Shown: positions 34,355 through 48,444 of the stretch, one piece after another
How positions within the stretch are numbered: position 1 is the first letter of the stretch
Layout: each line of letters begins with the position of its first letter
Assembly: GCA_051362555.1 (NCBI GenBank)
Contig: CM120648.1
Span: 15,744,587 to 15,808,586 of the forward strand
Reading direction: 5' to 3'
Source: Lingula anatina
Taxonomy: Eukaryota; Animalia; Brachiopoda
Length of the DNA stretch: 64,000 nucleotides
Program-made: the position numbers and the translations under genes
Notes under the pieces: generated by a model
What the model saw: only the letters and a program-made list of their open reading frames with translations
What the model was told of the DNA's origin: nothing
Database searches by the model: none

Positions 34355-35635
34355 AGAGTCCAAAGTTGTAGATTAGATAATATCACAGTATTCAACATGA
34401 AAAATGTTAATATATCTCCTTTACGGTGATTGATTTTTACTTACTGTTTTTATATATATTGTTATTACAATGAGATCAGTACTTCTTATATTTGAACATA
34501 TATTTGTATATTATTTTGCTGTGATCCCAAGTAAACTGATATGTAATAATTCAGGCCCAGTCTTGAAAGTCCAATTGGGGAGGGGAATGGACACAGTACG
34601 CGGGAAGCTAAATCATCAATACATAAATTACAGTGCATCTCACTGATAGTAGGCATTTTAAAAATATCCTGAAAATCACGTATCACCGGGTATAATGTCT
34701 TCGTTTCACGAAGGGCGGAGAATAAACAATTGCATTCACAAGTCGCGTGAATGGGGTGCTTCACGAATCACGCTAAATGACATGAACGTTTCACACACTT
34801 CAAGAAATAATTAGCTGTATTTTCTACAGATTTATTCTGAAAGTAAATTTTTCTCTTAGAATTTGAGCAGCATTTATTTGATTTTGATTAAATACTTTAA
34901 GTTAGTCGGATATTCCAGGTACATAATGTGTTGCGTTTCTCTTCTTTTTAATTTTCCCGTATTTTTAATGTTATTTTATTTCTTTAGCCTACGCATTTTG
35001 TAGGGGTTTTGGTGACAATATTTCATCTTTCCTTGGAAGCTAGGCTTCATCGCCTTACTCAATGTGAACAAAAATACCTAATTAGTGTAATTCTTAAAAC
35101 GGGGTCGGGCAATTAGGGCACACATAATTGGCATGTTATTTAACGAGTGGCCACTCTCTGCAAATACATTAAGTCGATGGATAAGTAGTAGTCGTTTTCG
35201 TTTTCCTCATATGTTTACCAGATGTCAGATAAATAATGGAAAAAGCCTCACTTTTTATCAATCTGTGACGTTCCTATAATTGTACTTTTGCTTAGATTTT
35301 GTTCTGGAAAGTCGTATTTAAATGTGGTTCGTATTTATTTGCGTAATTTTTTTACTAGGTAAATTTTTAAATGGTATTCGCTCTTGTTTAGGGTGTGCGT
35401 ATAATGAGTGTACAAAATAATACATTAGTGTAAGATTACTTTCCACTTGTGAAATATAGTAGCTGTGTTGCGCTTTATAAACATAATCCCCACTGCATTG
35501 TAATGGTTATTGTTGTTTTTTGCAATAAATTACTATAAATGAAAATTCACAAGCCTTCCTCTCATTAAATGAAATGCTACATGAATTTGAAACATTATCA
35601 GTGCTATAAGTAATTGAAATAACTATAATCGTCCA

Positions 35636-35836
35636 TATTTGATTAGATAAGGGTTGAAAAGACTTACCTAAAATTGCCTTTATTTGATCGGAAAAGGGTT
35701 ATAATGACGTACCTCATATCGCATTTACTTCATCGGAAAAGGGTTATAAAGACGTGTCAAAAATCGCCTATATTTGATCGGAAAGGAGTTGTAAAGAGGT
35801 TGTTTTTAGACGCCTATACTTGATCGGAAAGACGTA
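35636..35836. repeat. Degenerate ~45-bp minisatellite, about 4.5 units
   Basis: ta(t/c)ttgatcggaaaagggtt.taaagacgt...aatcgcct recurs at 35636, 35681, 35726, 35771 and 35817. Confidence 0.75.
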
Positions 35837-36053
35837 GTAATAGTGCAACTACAATTTTAAGCTTAGGCATAAAAGGGTAGTAAACCCGTAGACCCTGATC
35901 TTTCCGGTAGAGCTTTACACCGTTGAAAAGGCTTGTAAAGAGAATATTCAGACCCATTTCCTGAAGAGTAAAAGAGCTGAAAATTGACTTTTTGTGCTGT
36001 GAGACATAGTGGATTCATTGATACCTCTTGGCTTCTTATATTCGATGATGGTA

Positions 36054-37877
36054 CTAAGTAAAGTTTTTTCGCAACAAATCATCAGCAAGTTTTGGAAATA
36101 ACGTCCGAATGAAGATGTAAATTCTGGAAGAAACGGGGACGCCTATGTATGTTTGATACGCTCTTGTCACTGTTGCTTGAATAATCTCCATGGCAACATC
36201 ACGTGGGTCGAACATGTGAGAAGAGGAAGCTTTTGCGCCCAAAAGGGAATTGACTGCCTCCACCGCGTTGTCTGTTCCTGTATTAATTAATTAATTGATT
36301 GGTTAAATAAATAGCTAATCACTTAATACCAAGAACTGCTATTACGAAAAATATATATATAAAAACAGTACAGGGAATTAAATAATAAATAGTGGCTTAT
36401 AAAAAGTAATCATTTGCAAAATTAAGCTAAATAATTGATTTGGGATTTAAATGCCAGAAGGATATTACTGATTTATAAAACTGCTTTCGTTTGAAGAATA
36501 ATACGTGTGGTTTACCCAAGTCAACTCTCACAATAATTTCATTTAAAAAAATAAATGAAAAAAAATAGCTGTAAATAAGCTACATATTTTGTAATTTTCA
36601 TATTCCTGCCATTTCAAATGTTGTATTCTAGTGTTGCAATACATCTTACAAGCAGTATTTGGTGTTTTAAGATACAACAATAACTATAAAATCGGTACAG
36701 TTGAGGACAAAATTATTAGCCCCAACTGGGAAAATTCTATTCCTTTTCAACTAATTTTCAAGCACTTGTTACAGAACAAAAAATTTTAGCACAATATTTT
36801 TAAACATACTTGCTTTTTTTGGAGGCTAACATTCTTTTATTTCAGACACAGAAATGTAATTGTTTAACAAAACTAAAAATTCACCAACGTCAAAATTATT
36901 AGCCCCCTGATTTTAATTGTGTATCTTTTCTGGTTGATAACAGCTAGTAGTCGCTTGTGGTAGTTTTGGACAAGCTTCTGACACACCACCTGAGGAATTT
37001 TATCCCATTCTCCTTTGGCAAATCTTTCTAGTCCCATCAGGTTTGATGGTCTTCAGGTATGGACCTTAGTCGTCAGTTCATCCCACAATTTTTCTACCGG
37101 ATTCAAGTCCGGGCTTTGGGCAGGCCAGTCCATGACATTCACTTTGGCCCTCTGGAGGTAGGTCGTCACCAGTATAGAAGTATATTTTAAGTCTTTGACA
37201 TGTTGGAAGACGAAACTGACGACCCAAGCCAAATTTTGTTGCATTTTCCTAGGTGGGGCTAATAATTTGGTCCTCGCCTGTATGTTGGTAATTTTAGAAT
37301 TGATCGGTTGATCAGTTTAAATTGGAGTAAAATGTTTCCTCATGTAACTTACTTGTTAATCCCACGGTGCTCAGTGTGATGGAGATATTTGAGTGTTTTA
37401 ATTTCAGTTCCTGCCTCAAAATTCCAAAGAAGCCTTGGAGAGCGTATTTCGCCGTTGTGTACCATGATATATACGGAGTGGCAATATAACCTACAAATAT
37501 AAAACCCTGTATCATAAAAGTGAGCGTGAGTGGTAATCTTTCACAGATGAAGGCACTGTTGCATCTTTGTACGTTTATTTAAAGAAATAATAACAAAAAA
37601 GTGCACATGTAGATACTTATGCTCAACGAAATATATTTATTCGACCTTCGCCAGGGAAAAAAACATTTCGAAATCAAATTATTTTGCTACGCAATGTAAA
37701 AGATAACAGTACTTGTGCCATATACAACAGGCGGGCACATAACAAAAGTTAATACTAAACAAATAAACATGATATATTGGTCATAAGCAATGTTGTAGGC
37801 AGGGCATTGAAAACAGAGACAAATATTTCAATTTGGAAGGGTAGTCTGTTATTCTGGCCCTAATCTGCTTATGGGGG

Positions 37878-37930
<53 letters not shown>

Positions 37931-38389
37931 GAAAGTTATACTGTACTTAAGGTATCTACATACTGACCCGCCAGAGATGAGACAACTCCAATACGCCCAC
38001 TACTCTTGGTCAGCAAAGGTAAGGCGTGGGACGCCAAATGGACATATGACCGGAAGTTAACGTCCATCGTCGTGGCCAGTTTGGTGAGGTTCTCTCTGGT
38101 CCCAAGCCACTCCTCTCTTTTCGCAGACAAAACGTGGTTCAACATCAGTATGTCCAAACCTCCCAGTGTTTGTTCTGCGAACTGAAGAATACGGTAAATG
38201 GTGATGTTAACTGATAAATGAAGCATGGGTGTTTAGATGAGGGTGTGTAGGGCTCTCTCTCTCTCTCTCTCTCTCTTTGACCTTGTTTTTGGTGTGTGTT
38301 TTTTTTTTCAGAAGTCGAAAGGACAGGGGGTCACGGCCCCCCTGATGTTAACTGGTAAATGAAGCATGGGTGTTTGGATGAGGGTGTGT

Positions 38390-38436
<47 letters not shown>

Positions 38437-39604
38437 ACCTTGTTTTTGGTTTGTTTTTTTTTTTTTTCAGAAGTCGACAGGATGGGGGTCACGACCCCGC
38501 TGAACCCCCAAATCTGCCACTGCTCGGTAAAGAATTCATGTTTGTTTTTAAGTAATACTGACGTGATCAATTCCTTAAGCAATTTCGGTATTATATGTAA
38601 ATGTCCCTGACAAAATCTCTTGAAGGAGGATTAAACTTGGGAAATTCGTATATTCGTGTTAAGGGACTTTCTTCAACTGTTTAGCCGAATTTCTTGCCGT
38701 AAAACTGTGTCGTACAGTCATATGGATGCATAATACGGGATCACTATAGCTAAGCTTTAAAACAAACTTAATCATAAAAATACGCTCCATTATGGAAGAT
38801 AAAACGGACAGGAGTGTTTCGTATTACCTACTGAGCTTAAAAATTTATGTTTGAATCTGTGGATAAATGGAGACGTAATTTATGAATGAATAAATGAGTA
38901 GATAAATGAATCAATGAATGGATGTTTGAACAAACACATATAGATACATATAACTATAATTAAATCGATGATTCCACAATAAATTCCATGCGATTTACTA
39001 TCAATTATATCTTCCAAATTGTTGGTAAAGGAAGTATTTACCTGTATAACTTTCTCCGTATTGTCCATGTTTCCCATGTCAGAGACGAGGTACACGTGTT
39101 TCGCCTCGGAGTTTGGGGACAACGTCTTGCATCCTGATACGACCTTCACAAGAGAAATACAACCGTAAACGGTACCTTTTTACCTAAATATCATTTTTAA
39201 GGCAGGTATTTTTTACTGTCTTTAATATGCATAAACCATTTGGTTTAATGTATAATCACCTTATGAATCCTCATGTCTTTAAAAAGTCGACTTTTGTATT
39301 TTATTAATAATAATAATAATAATGCTGATAATAACAATAATCATTATTATTGCTATTATTATTGGTGGTGCCTCTGACCTTCTTCAACAGATGTTCTCTT
39401 CGAGCAATCAAGACAAGGTTTGCTCCCATCTTGGCAAAATGATACGCCATCTGTTCTCCTATTCCAGTTGACGCCCCTGTTATTAGGACATTTTTACCTT
39501 TCACATCAGCTGGAAAAAAAACATGAAGAAATTTTGCACCTGATGCCATTGCAAAAGGAAGAATGGGTTTATTAATTAGAACGGCAAACTAAACAACGTG
39601 TAAT

Positions 39605-39650
<46 letters not shown>

Positions 39651-39838
39651 CTGGAGGGACACTGTGTGTCACATAAAAAAGAAGACATCACGATAATCGG
39701 AGGCTTTCCCTCACTTGCTCACTTAACGTAAAAGATACTACACTTACCGGGGTCAAAATCGTCAACGTACTGCATCGCAATGTACGCAACAACCACTGCA
39801 GATAAGGCCAGCGTCATTAAGGTCAACTTCAGCCCCAT
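36054..39838 (-). CDS. HSD11B1L: 11-beta-hydroxysteroid dehydrogenase 1-like SDR, paralog 3 (299 aa)
   Basis: Exons 39838-39748, 39509-39379, 39143-39042, 38181-37968, 37490-37353, 36277-36054, all GT-AG and in phase (900 nt). N-terminal signal anchor ending [34 protein letters not shown]. Confidence 0.92.
36698..37280 (-). mobile_element. Internally deleted Tc1 element (583 bp) in intron 5 of paralog 3
   Basis: ta|CAGTTGAGGACAAAATTATTAGCCCC ... GGGGCTAATAATTTGGTCCTCGCCTG|ta; inner repeat of caaaattattagcccc near 36892; transposase C-terminus MDWPAQSPDLNPVEKLWDEL. Confidence 0.9.
38202..38500. repeat. Intronic tandem duplication (~140-155 bp x 2) with (CT)n
   Basis: tgatgttaactg.taaatgaagcatgggtgttt.gatgagggtgtgtagg..(ct)n..tttgaccttgtttttgg..cagaagtcga..ggggtcacg occurs twice. 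Confidence 0.85.
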
Positions 39839-39923
39839 CTTGAAACTTGGTTAACGTGCCTCCAGGGTCTTAGGGTATATAAACACTGTATGCTTAGAGC
39901 ATGGCCACTTCGTGTGGATTTGA

Positions 39924-39970
39924 CTTTTTTATATAACTCTGAACAGGTGTAAAATTGTAAAAGTAGGTCA
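39924..39970. promoter_or_regulatory. TATA box (minus strand) plus RORE-type nuclear receptor element upstream of paralog 3
   Basis: TATAAAA on the minus strand within 39924-39936; AAAGTAGGTCA at 39960-39970 matches WAWNTRGGTCA. Confidence 0.5.
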
Positions 39971-40207
39971 CTCTTTCTGTCAGTTACTATAGACCTCGCA
40001 TGCTGCTTTGTCACATAACACACATAATAATAAGTAACAAAAACACTCGGCTAGAACGCACGGAATCTGTAAGTCCCGTTGTCATGTTTGAGAAAAAAAA
40101 AAATATGTATTACAGGGACTGGTTCACTGTCATGTACATGTACCAGAAGGTCCCCCATGACAGAAAGTCCGGTTTCTGAAATAACGGGTCCCGGACTCTG
40201 TACCATG

Positions 40208-41738
40208 ATACATAGCTAGGGTTGTTAAGGCTTCATTCATATGCAATGTCTATTTTCTAAATTCTATTTTCTATTCGCGGTATGTCTTATGATCACGGTC
40301 TGTGCCCTGAATATCCCGAGGCGTAATTACTGGCAGCGCGAGCCAGTTACTATAAGTTACTATAAGTAACTGGCTCGCGCTGCCAGTAATTACGCAGCGG
40401 GATATTCAGGACACAGACCGTGATCATAAGACATACCGCGAATAGAAAATAGAATTTAGAAAATAGACATTGCATGTGAATGAAGCCTAAGTGACCTTGG
40501 CTATATGATGATCACAAAGGCCCGTCCATTTAGACAAGCTTCAGTGAAGATCGAGGGTAACCTCGAGCCGCTCTCAAAAATATCTCGCTTCACTCGATAT
40601 TTCTGCGTAGCGTCTCTCGGCAAACTCGAATTAAACCTCGACGTAGTCTAGAATTTCAAGACTACATCTTAGTTAAATCAGTCGAGGTCTCTTAAATGCT
40701 GGAAGTCAGAGAAAGCTAGATTGACCTTCTTGGCATCTGGAGAATAGTGACGTTGCTTGTGTTATATACCTACCAGTAGACAAATTTAAAATCTTTCACA
40801 CTCTTAAAAAATTAGCATAAACATTTCACGTTTAACAATTTGTATTTATAATTTTATTACACTAAGTATTATCATATGGGTATCGTTTGAAAACGTGAAT
40901 TAGTTTACATTTAAGCCGCACGTGCATGCAAATTATTTGTAAATCTATAACTTTTTAACGAGAGTTGTGTTATTTACCTTTTGTTTTTAAGCTGTTCATT
41001 CTTCCTCTTTATCAGATATATCGGTAAAAATAAAACATTTCCCCCCTTTGAACTTGTATTTATATGTAGCATGCTTCATGCTCTGAAAACCAGCACATGT
41101 ATGTTCCGAAACCGTCTCGTAGTAAAAAAATGTCACCAAAACGTAGAATTATTACTCCTGTGGATTTGAAATAAACGTCCGTTTGATTTTGACTATATTC
41201 CGTAACCGCCTCGTTGTCAGAAATATCTCCAAAAAGTAAATTTCTTTCTCCTTAGCACTTGTGAAAAAATATTTTGACTATATTCCGGTCCGACGCTCCT
41301 TGTTTATTAGAATTGTCACTTAAAAGTAGAGGTTTTGCATTGGGACCTTTTTTTCTGCAGCAGGCCCAGCTAGGCGTGGCTCAGCTGAGACGCACATGGT
41401 CAGTGTTGACGATTGATTAAAAACTTTTCACGCCAGTTGAACGTCCATGACAAGTATTGAGCAAAAATTGACCAAATTGGTCAGACATTACGTAAGAATT
41501 TGGCGGGAGGTGACCAGCGCACGTGGACGAGTGTATTTCATATAACATCTCTAGAGCGTGATATTGGATCACTTTATTCGGTTTTAGGGGTGTTTTAGGA
41601 TGGAATGACTGTATTTTATCTTGGTATGTATGTCAAATAATACACTGTCTCCCTCTCGCGATATATGCCATGAACACCTCTCGCTGACGCTCGAGATGTT
41701 ATGGCATATATCGCTCGGGTGACAGTGTATTATGTCAC
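40208..41738. mobile_element. Crypton-like non-autonomous element, copy 2 (carries a foldback MITE)
   Basis: Collinear with 12233-13597; terminal hairpin at 41623-41738. Confidence 0.75.
40229..40487. mobile_element. 259-bp near-perfect palindromic (foldback) Harbinger/Tourist-type MITE
   Basis: taa|GGCTTCATTCATATGCAATGTC...GACATTGCATGTGAATGAAGCC|taa; arms pair almost to the centre; the site is empty in copy 1 of the host (~12250). Confidence 0.92.
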
Positions 41739-42316
41739 ACGTATAATATACAGGGTCCCCCTGACCCTGCATTTAACCGGACCGGCATCGGCTTTGCAGA
41801 CGGGCACATTCAGTTCACACAGTGCCGTGAGTGAATGGCTGCTCCAGGTGGGGATCTTTTTTACAGCTTCCAAAAAAGACGGAAAACGGTTGGAAAGATG
41901 TCCATACTAGTACGGTCTACATACACGAGGGATGAAACATTTTCTTTCTTTGTATCATTAATAATATATCTTAAAGAAAACGTGAAAGCTGAGAGATGAC
42001 AGCTGAGAGTACATAAAGCGTACATTTTGAAAGACCTTGAGCATAATTTATGACGTATTTGCACAAGGTGTCAGCCGACTGATGTTATAACTATTAGAGA
42101 GGCTCTACTTTTACTTGTGGCGAAAAGATTACATTCCTGGAGACTGCATTTTTGGCCAAAACGAACAGTTGTTGTCTCTTTAACTTTATAATGCAAGGGG
42201 TGGGAAAATAACAAAACAAATAAATAAATAAATAAATGAATAAATAAATAAATAAATAAATAAAAAGACAAAGGGGTTCACTGATACATATTGGTCGCTT
42301 ATGTTCAAAAATGCTG

Positions 42317-43922
42317 CTAAGTAAAGTTTTTTCGCATCAAATCATCAGCAAGTTTTGGAAATAACGTCCGAATGAAGATGTAAATTCTGGAAGAAACGGG
42401 GACGCCGGTGTATATTTCATACTGCCTTGTCACCGTTGCTTGAATAATCTCCATGGCAACATCACGTGGGTCGAACATGTGTGCAGAGGAAGCTTTTGCG
42501 CCTAAAAGGGAATTGAGTCCCTCCACTGCGTTGTCTGTTCCTGTAATTAATTGATTGGTTAAATAAATAATTAATATCTTTATACAAAAACTGGTATTGC
42601 AACGAAAAGTTAAATAAACTTGCATGAAAAAAATGCGCATGTCATGTAATCTTCTGAAAATGTAACAAGATAAAATCAGCGTAGGGAATTAAATAAGAAA
42701 TAGTTGGTAATAATTTTTTTTTTTTTTTTTTTTTTTTGCAAAATAGGTTTAATAACTGATTTACAAATTGGTGTTTTCATTTGAAGACGTGATGTTATTT
42801 AATTCAGTAAGCTCTCACGATGATTTTATTTAAAATTAAATAAAATAAATCTAGCTGTAATTACGCTATATTTTGAACTTTTCATATGCCTAACATTTCA
42901 CATTTTATACTGTATGTCATTTTTCTAGAACATCTTGCAAGCAGACTTTGGTGCTCTGAGATGCAACAAAAACCATAAATTGCTATAGATGTTGCATAAT
43001 AATAAAATATTAGAATTGAACGGTTTATCTGCTTCATTTAGAGTAAAATGTTTTCTAGTGTAACTTACTTGCTAATCCAACAATGCTCAGTGTTACGGAG
43101 ATATTTGAGTGTTTTAATTTTAGTTCTTGTCTCAGCACTCCAAAGAAGCCCTGGAGAGCGTATTTTGCCGTTGTGTACCACGACATATACGGAAAGGCAA
43201 CATGACCTATAATCATAAAGCGCTGTATCATTAGAATGACCATTAGTGTACATATATACATGTAGATAATAAAAACCAATAAAAATATTTGCATTTAACT
43301 TTCACAAAAGATAAATACTGCACTTAGAAAACAAACTCTTTTGATGCGTAAAGTATAGGATAACAGTACATGTGCCATGGGAGTAATAGGCGCACACACA
43401 ACACAAAAAGATAAAAATAATAATAAAACATGAGATACCGGTAACAAACAATGTTTTAGGAAAGGCAATGTCAACAAAGACCAATAATTTAATTGGAAAA
43501 GGGACGTGCCTGTTATTCTCGTCCAACTATGTCTACTGGGGGTAAAAAAAAAAAAATAATGAAACTCATACTGTACTTAAGGGATGTACATACTGACCCG
43601 CCATGGATGAGACAACGCCAATACGCCCACTACTGTTGGTCAGCAAAGGTAAGGCGTGGGACGCCAAATGGACATATGACCGGAAGTTAACGTCCATCGT
43701 CGTGGCCAGTTTTGTGAGGTTCTCTCTGGTTCCAAGCCACGTCTCTCTTTTAGCAAGCAAAGCATGGTTCAACATCAGTATGTCCAAACCTCCCAGTGAT
43801 TGTTCTGTGAACTAAAAAATGGTGAACATTGATATTAACTAATAAATGAAGCACTAATGTAATAAATGAAGCACTAATGTTTGGGTAAGTGTTTGTACGT
43901 CTCTCTCTCTTTCTCTCTCTCT

Positions 43923-43970
<48 letters not shown>

Positions 43971-45290
43971 CTTGTTTTGGTAACAAATGAAAGAAAGAAG
44001 CATCTATACATCACCCACTTTTTTATCTTAACAGCGTACATTTATGCAATATAATTGGCCCTGGTTTAAATTACTGGAAGGAGGTTTGATCATTACTAGT
44101 ACTAGGTAGCAAGCTGTGATTGTATTTCGTCATCTTGGCAACATCTACGTAATCCATGTATCACTGGGGTAACATGCACGTAATATACGTTCGATAAAGA
44201 TTCAAATGTTTGTTTTTAAAGTTAAAAGTCAGTGACGTGATAAATCCGTTATGCATTCGTTGATAGTGTCCATGACAAAATTTCTTGGACGAGGTTAAGA
44301 TTTTGGAAATTCAAAAGTAGAAGAAAATTACACATATATTAACTTTCTTCAATTACTTTCTGGCATTTCATGTCATAAAATATTGTATGAACGAAGAAAC
44401 GTCGGTGGCGTCTTTAAATACGTATAATTATTACCAAATCGATTATCCCATAAAATATTTATAGGATTTATTTTCAATCTTATCTCCCATATTGTTGGTA
44501 AAGGCAGTATTTACCTGTATAACCTTCTCCGTATTGTCCATGTCTCCCATGTCAGAGACGAGGTACACGTGTTTCGCATCGGAGTTTGGTGACAACTTCT
44601 TGCATCCTGATACGACCTTCACAAGAGAAATACAACCGTAAGCCGTCCCATTTTTACTTAAGATCAATTAATAGCAAAACATTTTTTTATAACTTTAATA
44701 TGCAAAAACCATTCAGTTTACTGCATGATCACCTTAAAAATCATCGTGTCTTTAGAAAATCGGCTTTTAATTGTAATTACACGTATTAGTTTTCATTTGA
44801 TTATATTTAAATAATAATAATAATAATAATGGTAATAATAATGTTTGCGTGTACAGTATGTGTCTGACCTTCTTCAACAGATGTTCTCTTCGAGCAATCA
44901 AAACAAGGTTTGCTCCCATCTTGGCGAAATGATACGCCATCTGTTCTCCTATTCCAGTCGACGCTCCTGTTATCAGGACGTTTTTACCTTTCACATCAGC
45001 TGGAAAATTAAAGACACCTTACACCGTATGCCATTTAGAGAGAGAGAGAGGGAGAGAGAGAGACAGAGAGAGGGAGAGAGAGAGGGAGAGAGAGAGAGAG
45101 AGAGGGACACTCTGGGTCACATAATAATCTATATCACGATAGGCCTAATCGGAGGCTCTCCCTCACTTGTTCACTTAATGTAAAAGAGACTACACTCACC
45201 GGGGTCAAAATCGTCAACGCACTGCATCGCAATGTACGCAACAATCACTGCAGAGAGGGCCAGCGTCATTAAGGTAAACTTCAGCCCCAT
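42317..45290 (-). CDS. HSD11B1L: 11-beta-hydroxysteroid dehydrogenase 1-like SDR, paralog 2 (299 aa)
   Basis: Exons 45290-45200, 44999-44869, 44616-44515, 43811-43598, 43206-43069, 42540-42317 (900 nt, in phase); TGASTGIG, VSSMAG, YTTAK. Confidence 0.92.
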
Positions 45291-45370
45291 GTTGGAATAT
45301 ATACCTCCAGCGTCTCGGGTATCTAAGCATTGTATGCACTAACCATGGCTACTTAATGTGGATTTGACAT

Positions 45371-45412
45371 CTATATATAACCCTGAACACGATTGAGTGT
45401 AAAAGTAGGTCA
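45371..45412. promoter_or_regulatory. TATA-like box plus RORE-type element upstream of paralog 2
   Basis: TTATATATAG on the minus strand at 45371-45380; AAAGTAGGTCA at 45402-45412. Confidence 0.5.
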
Positions 45413-45781
45413 CTCTTTCTGTCAGTTACTATACATATTGTAGACTTCGCATGTTACATAACTGACACAACCCAAACACTCTGCTATAACGCACTGAATC
45501 TGTAAGTATCGTTGTCATATGTGAGAAAGAAAGCTGTATTTCAGGGTGGGGTTACCCTTGATTTTTATGGACAAGCTCAGTACTAGACATTGACCCACGT
45601 ACGTCACTTTACCAATAACCTATACGAACTTAATAAAGCGCTAATTACCTCTCAGGTACACCAGTGGCCTTCCGATAAGTTACACTAGTCTCATTTAACA
45701 GAGACTAACGGTCTGAACGCTACACGAGATGGCAGACACCGCAATTAATTAAGCTGTTCTCCAAAGTCCTTTACAGGTCAG

Positions 45782-45782
<1 letters not shown>

Positions 45783-45844
<62 letters not shown>
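45783..45844. repeat. (TA)n microsatellite
   Basis: Direct reading. Confidence 0.97.
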
Positions 45845-45847
<3 letters not shown>

Positions 45848-46534
45848 GTTATGTAATTAAATATGTATCTGTGTGTGCACATAGTTTTATTGAGAAGTGA
45901 AATTGAACGTGTCAGTGTTTCGTGGTTTTCTTTTGATTAATTTTGTTTATTATAAATCAGGTTCGGATCCAGGATTATTTGAAGGAGGGAGGGGTCGGCG
46001 GATGCAAAGCCAACCTTCCCCCCTTACTGTGGGGTTCGGCGCCCGCTGAAGGGCCCCAAAATTCGGTGTTTTAGAGGGCGAACGGTGCTATTTGGTACGG
46101 TTTAGAACTATGATTCAGCTAGTCAAAATTCTAATTTAAAGAGGGACCATAGGTTTATTTTAGTATTTATATGTATTTTCTGTTGACTATATCCCATATA
46201 TATATAAAACGATCAAAACCCACAGATAAGTGCCTGTTGTTTATACATCTTTCTGAAGTGCACGAGAAGAAGTGGTAGGGAGAATTTAAAACTAAATTAT
46301 TTAATGCAAAATGGTACAAAACACTGGGTCCAAGTGAAGAAACGGGTCTAGTAATACATTGAACATTGTCCGATATAACGTGAAAATTCGGGTAATTAGA
46401 CGCTCTTTAGTAACAGACCCCTCTTGAAATCAATCAAGTGATTGCTGTTTGTCCATTCTCAGGACGCGTATTGTTAAATTAAAAAATGTAATTAGTGAAT
46501 TTATTCTAGTGCGTATATACAATACCCGCGTGAA

Positions 46535-47113
46535 TCATGTTAAAAGTAACAGCATTGAATCGTCAGCAAGTTTTGGAAATAGGAACTGAATAAAGAAGAA
46601 AATTCTAGTTTTCAGATCCATGTCAGTGTGGACTTGGTATTGTCTTGAAACTGTTCCTTGTATTATCTCCATGGCAACGTCCCCTGCGTCTGCAATATGT
46701 CCGGTTTTCACAAAGGTTTCTCCTATCATAGCTTTCATGGACTCCACTGCGTTTTCTGTTCCTGAAGAAAACGAAAACACAACAACTATGCTTTTTCATG
46801 AAACTGTTTAACTTACAAACAGTTTATAATTACTCTAAAAATGAGTCATGTTATTAAATATTAGTCCTTTCCCTTTCCTGGTATATCTTCAAAATAAATA
46901 AGTAAATGCAAATAATGTATTTTTATAAATAGACTGATAACATAATTTGTTTTGACTCACTTGTGGGTCCCACAACACACATTGTGATGGTAACATTGGA
47001 GTTCTGTAACTTCAGTTCCTGCCTCAACACTCCAAAGAAGCCTTGGAGAGCGCGTTTGGCTGCGGTGTACCATGTGGTATAGGGGTACGCAAAATAACCT
47101 GTAATTAGTCAAT

Positions 47114-47153
<40 letters not shown>

Positions 47154-48408
47154 GACAAACCCAGTGAAAAAAACCTATGGTATTTACCAACCCAGAGATT
47201 AACACATTGCTGTAAAAACGCTGTTTATGTTTCGTTTACCCCCCCCCCGCCCCTCCCCCACCTCTTGAATTAACCATACCCACATGTACCGACCTACTAG
47301 TGACGTAACCACGGCTATCCGTCCACTACTCGGTGTCAGCAAGGATAGAGCATGGGACGCTAAGTGGACGTATGACCGGAAGTTAACGTCCATGGCTATG
47401 GCCAGTTTGGTGAAGTTCTCTTTGCTGCCCATCCACGGTTCTCCAAAAGGCAATAAGGCGTGATTCAACATCACTATGTCCAAGCTGCCAAGGCTTTCTT
47501 TTGCGAACTGAAAGAAAAAATGAACTGGAAACGCACAGGCATTCAAAGACACGGGATTTTTCTATAGAACAAAATGAATGTTTTTGGAAATTACGACATT
47601 TTCCTTTCATCGGTAAGATATGCCGTATCCAATATCCGTTTTTTGTAGCTGCAAGTTTCTAATGTTTAGGTACTTTTATAATGGATATGGGTATCAATGA
47701 ATTTTTATCATATAAATTAAAGTCTTATACGTACATGTATTCTGTGCTTTGAACCGAGTAAAAAAGATCGAATGTCAGACTAAACAGCTGGACGGATTTG
47801 AGGACGAACGAGTAGTAGAACTATAGATGAGCAGATGAATGAAGGGTTTCATAATAAAGAAACAAACAAACAAAAAACAGTGAATAAATATATTATCTCT
47901 ATTACAAACACTATTGAGCGTGGGAACAAAATAGAAATAACAAGTTACTTGCACAACTCGCTCTGTCTCCGTCATGTCAGCCATATCAGCGGCGATGTAT
48001 GCATGTTTCTGTGCAGAGTTCGGGGATAGGTTTTTGCATTCTGACCTAACCTGTAACAATAAGACAACTTCTTCTTTTATTGTGGCGTCTTATGCATTCT
48101 TATAATGAAGGATTTAGAGCAGTAAAAATAACATATTTCCACAGGATTAAAGTGAATACTATCTAATTTTAATACAAGATACACAATTCTGGCTTCAAAA
48201 CATCCACTGTTGTTATTTATGATATTGCTAATAATGTGACTTCACACAAGCGGTATTACTGCCGAACAGTGACCTTTTTCAACAGATGTTCTCTTCGAGC
48301 AGTCAAAACAAGGTTTGCTCCCATCTTGGCGAAATGATACGCCATCTGTTCTCCAATTCCAGAAGAGGCTCCGGTGATCAGGACATTCTTGCCAAACAGC
48401 TCAACTGC

Positions 48409-48444
<36 letters not shown>

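Noticed and set aside
35636-35836. 45-bp periodic repeat as a CRISPR-like array
   Set aside because: Units are similar along their whole length with no unique spacers; it is a degenerate minisatellite.
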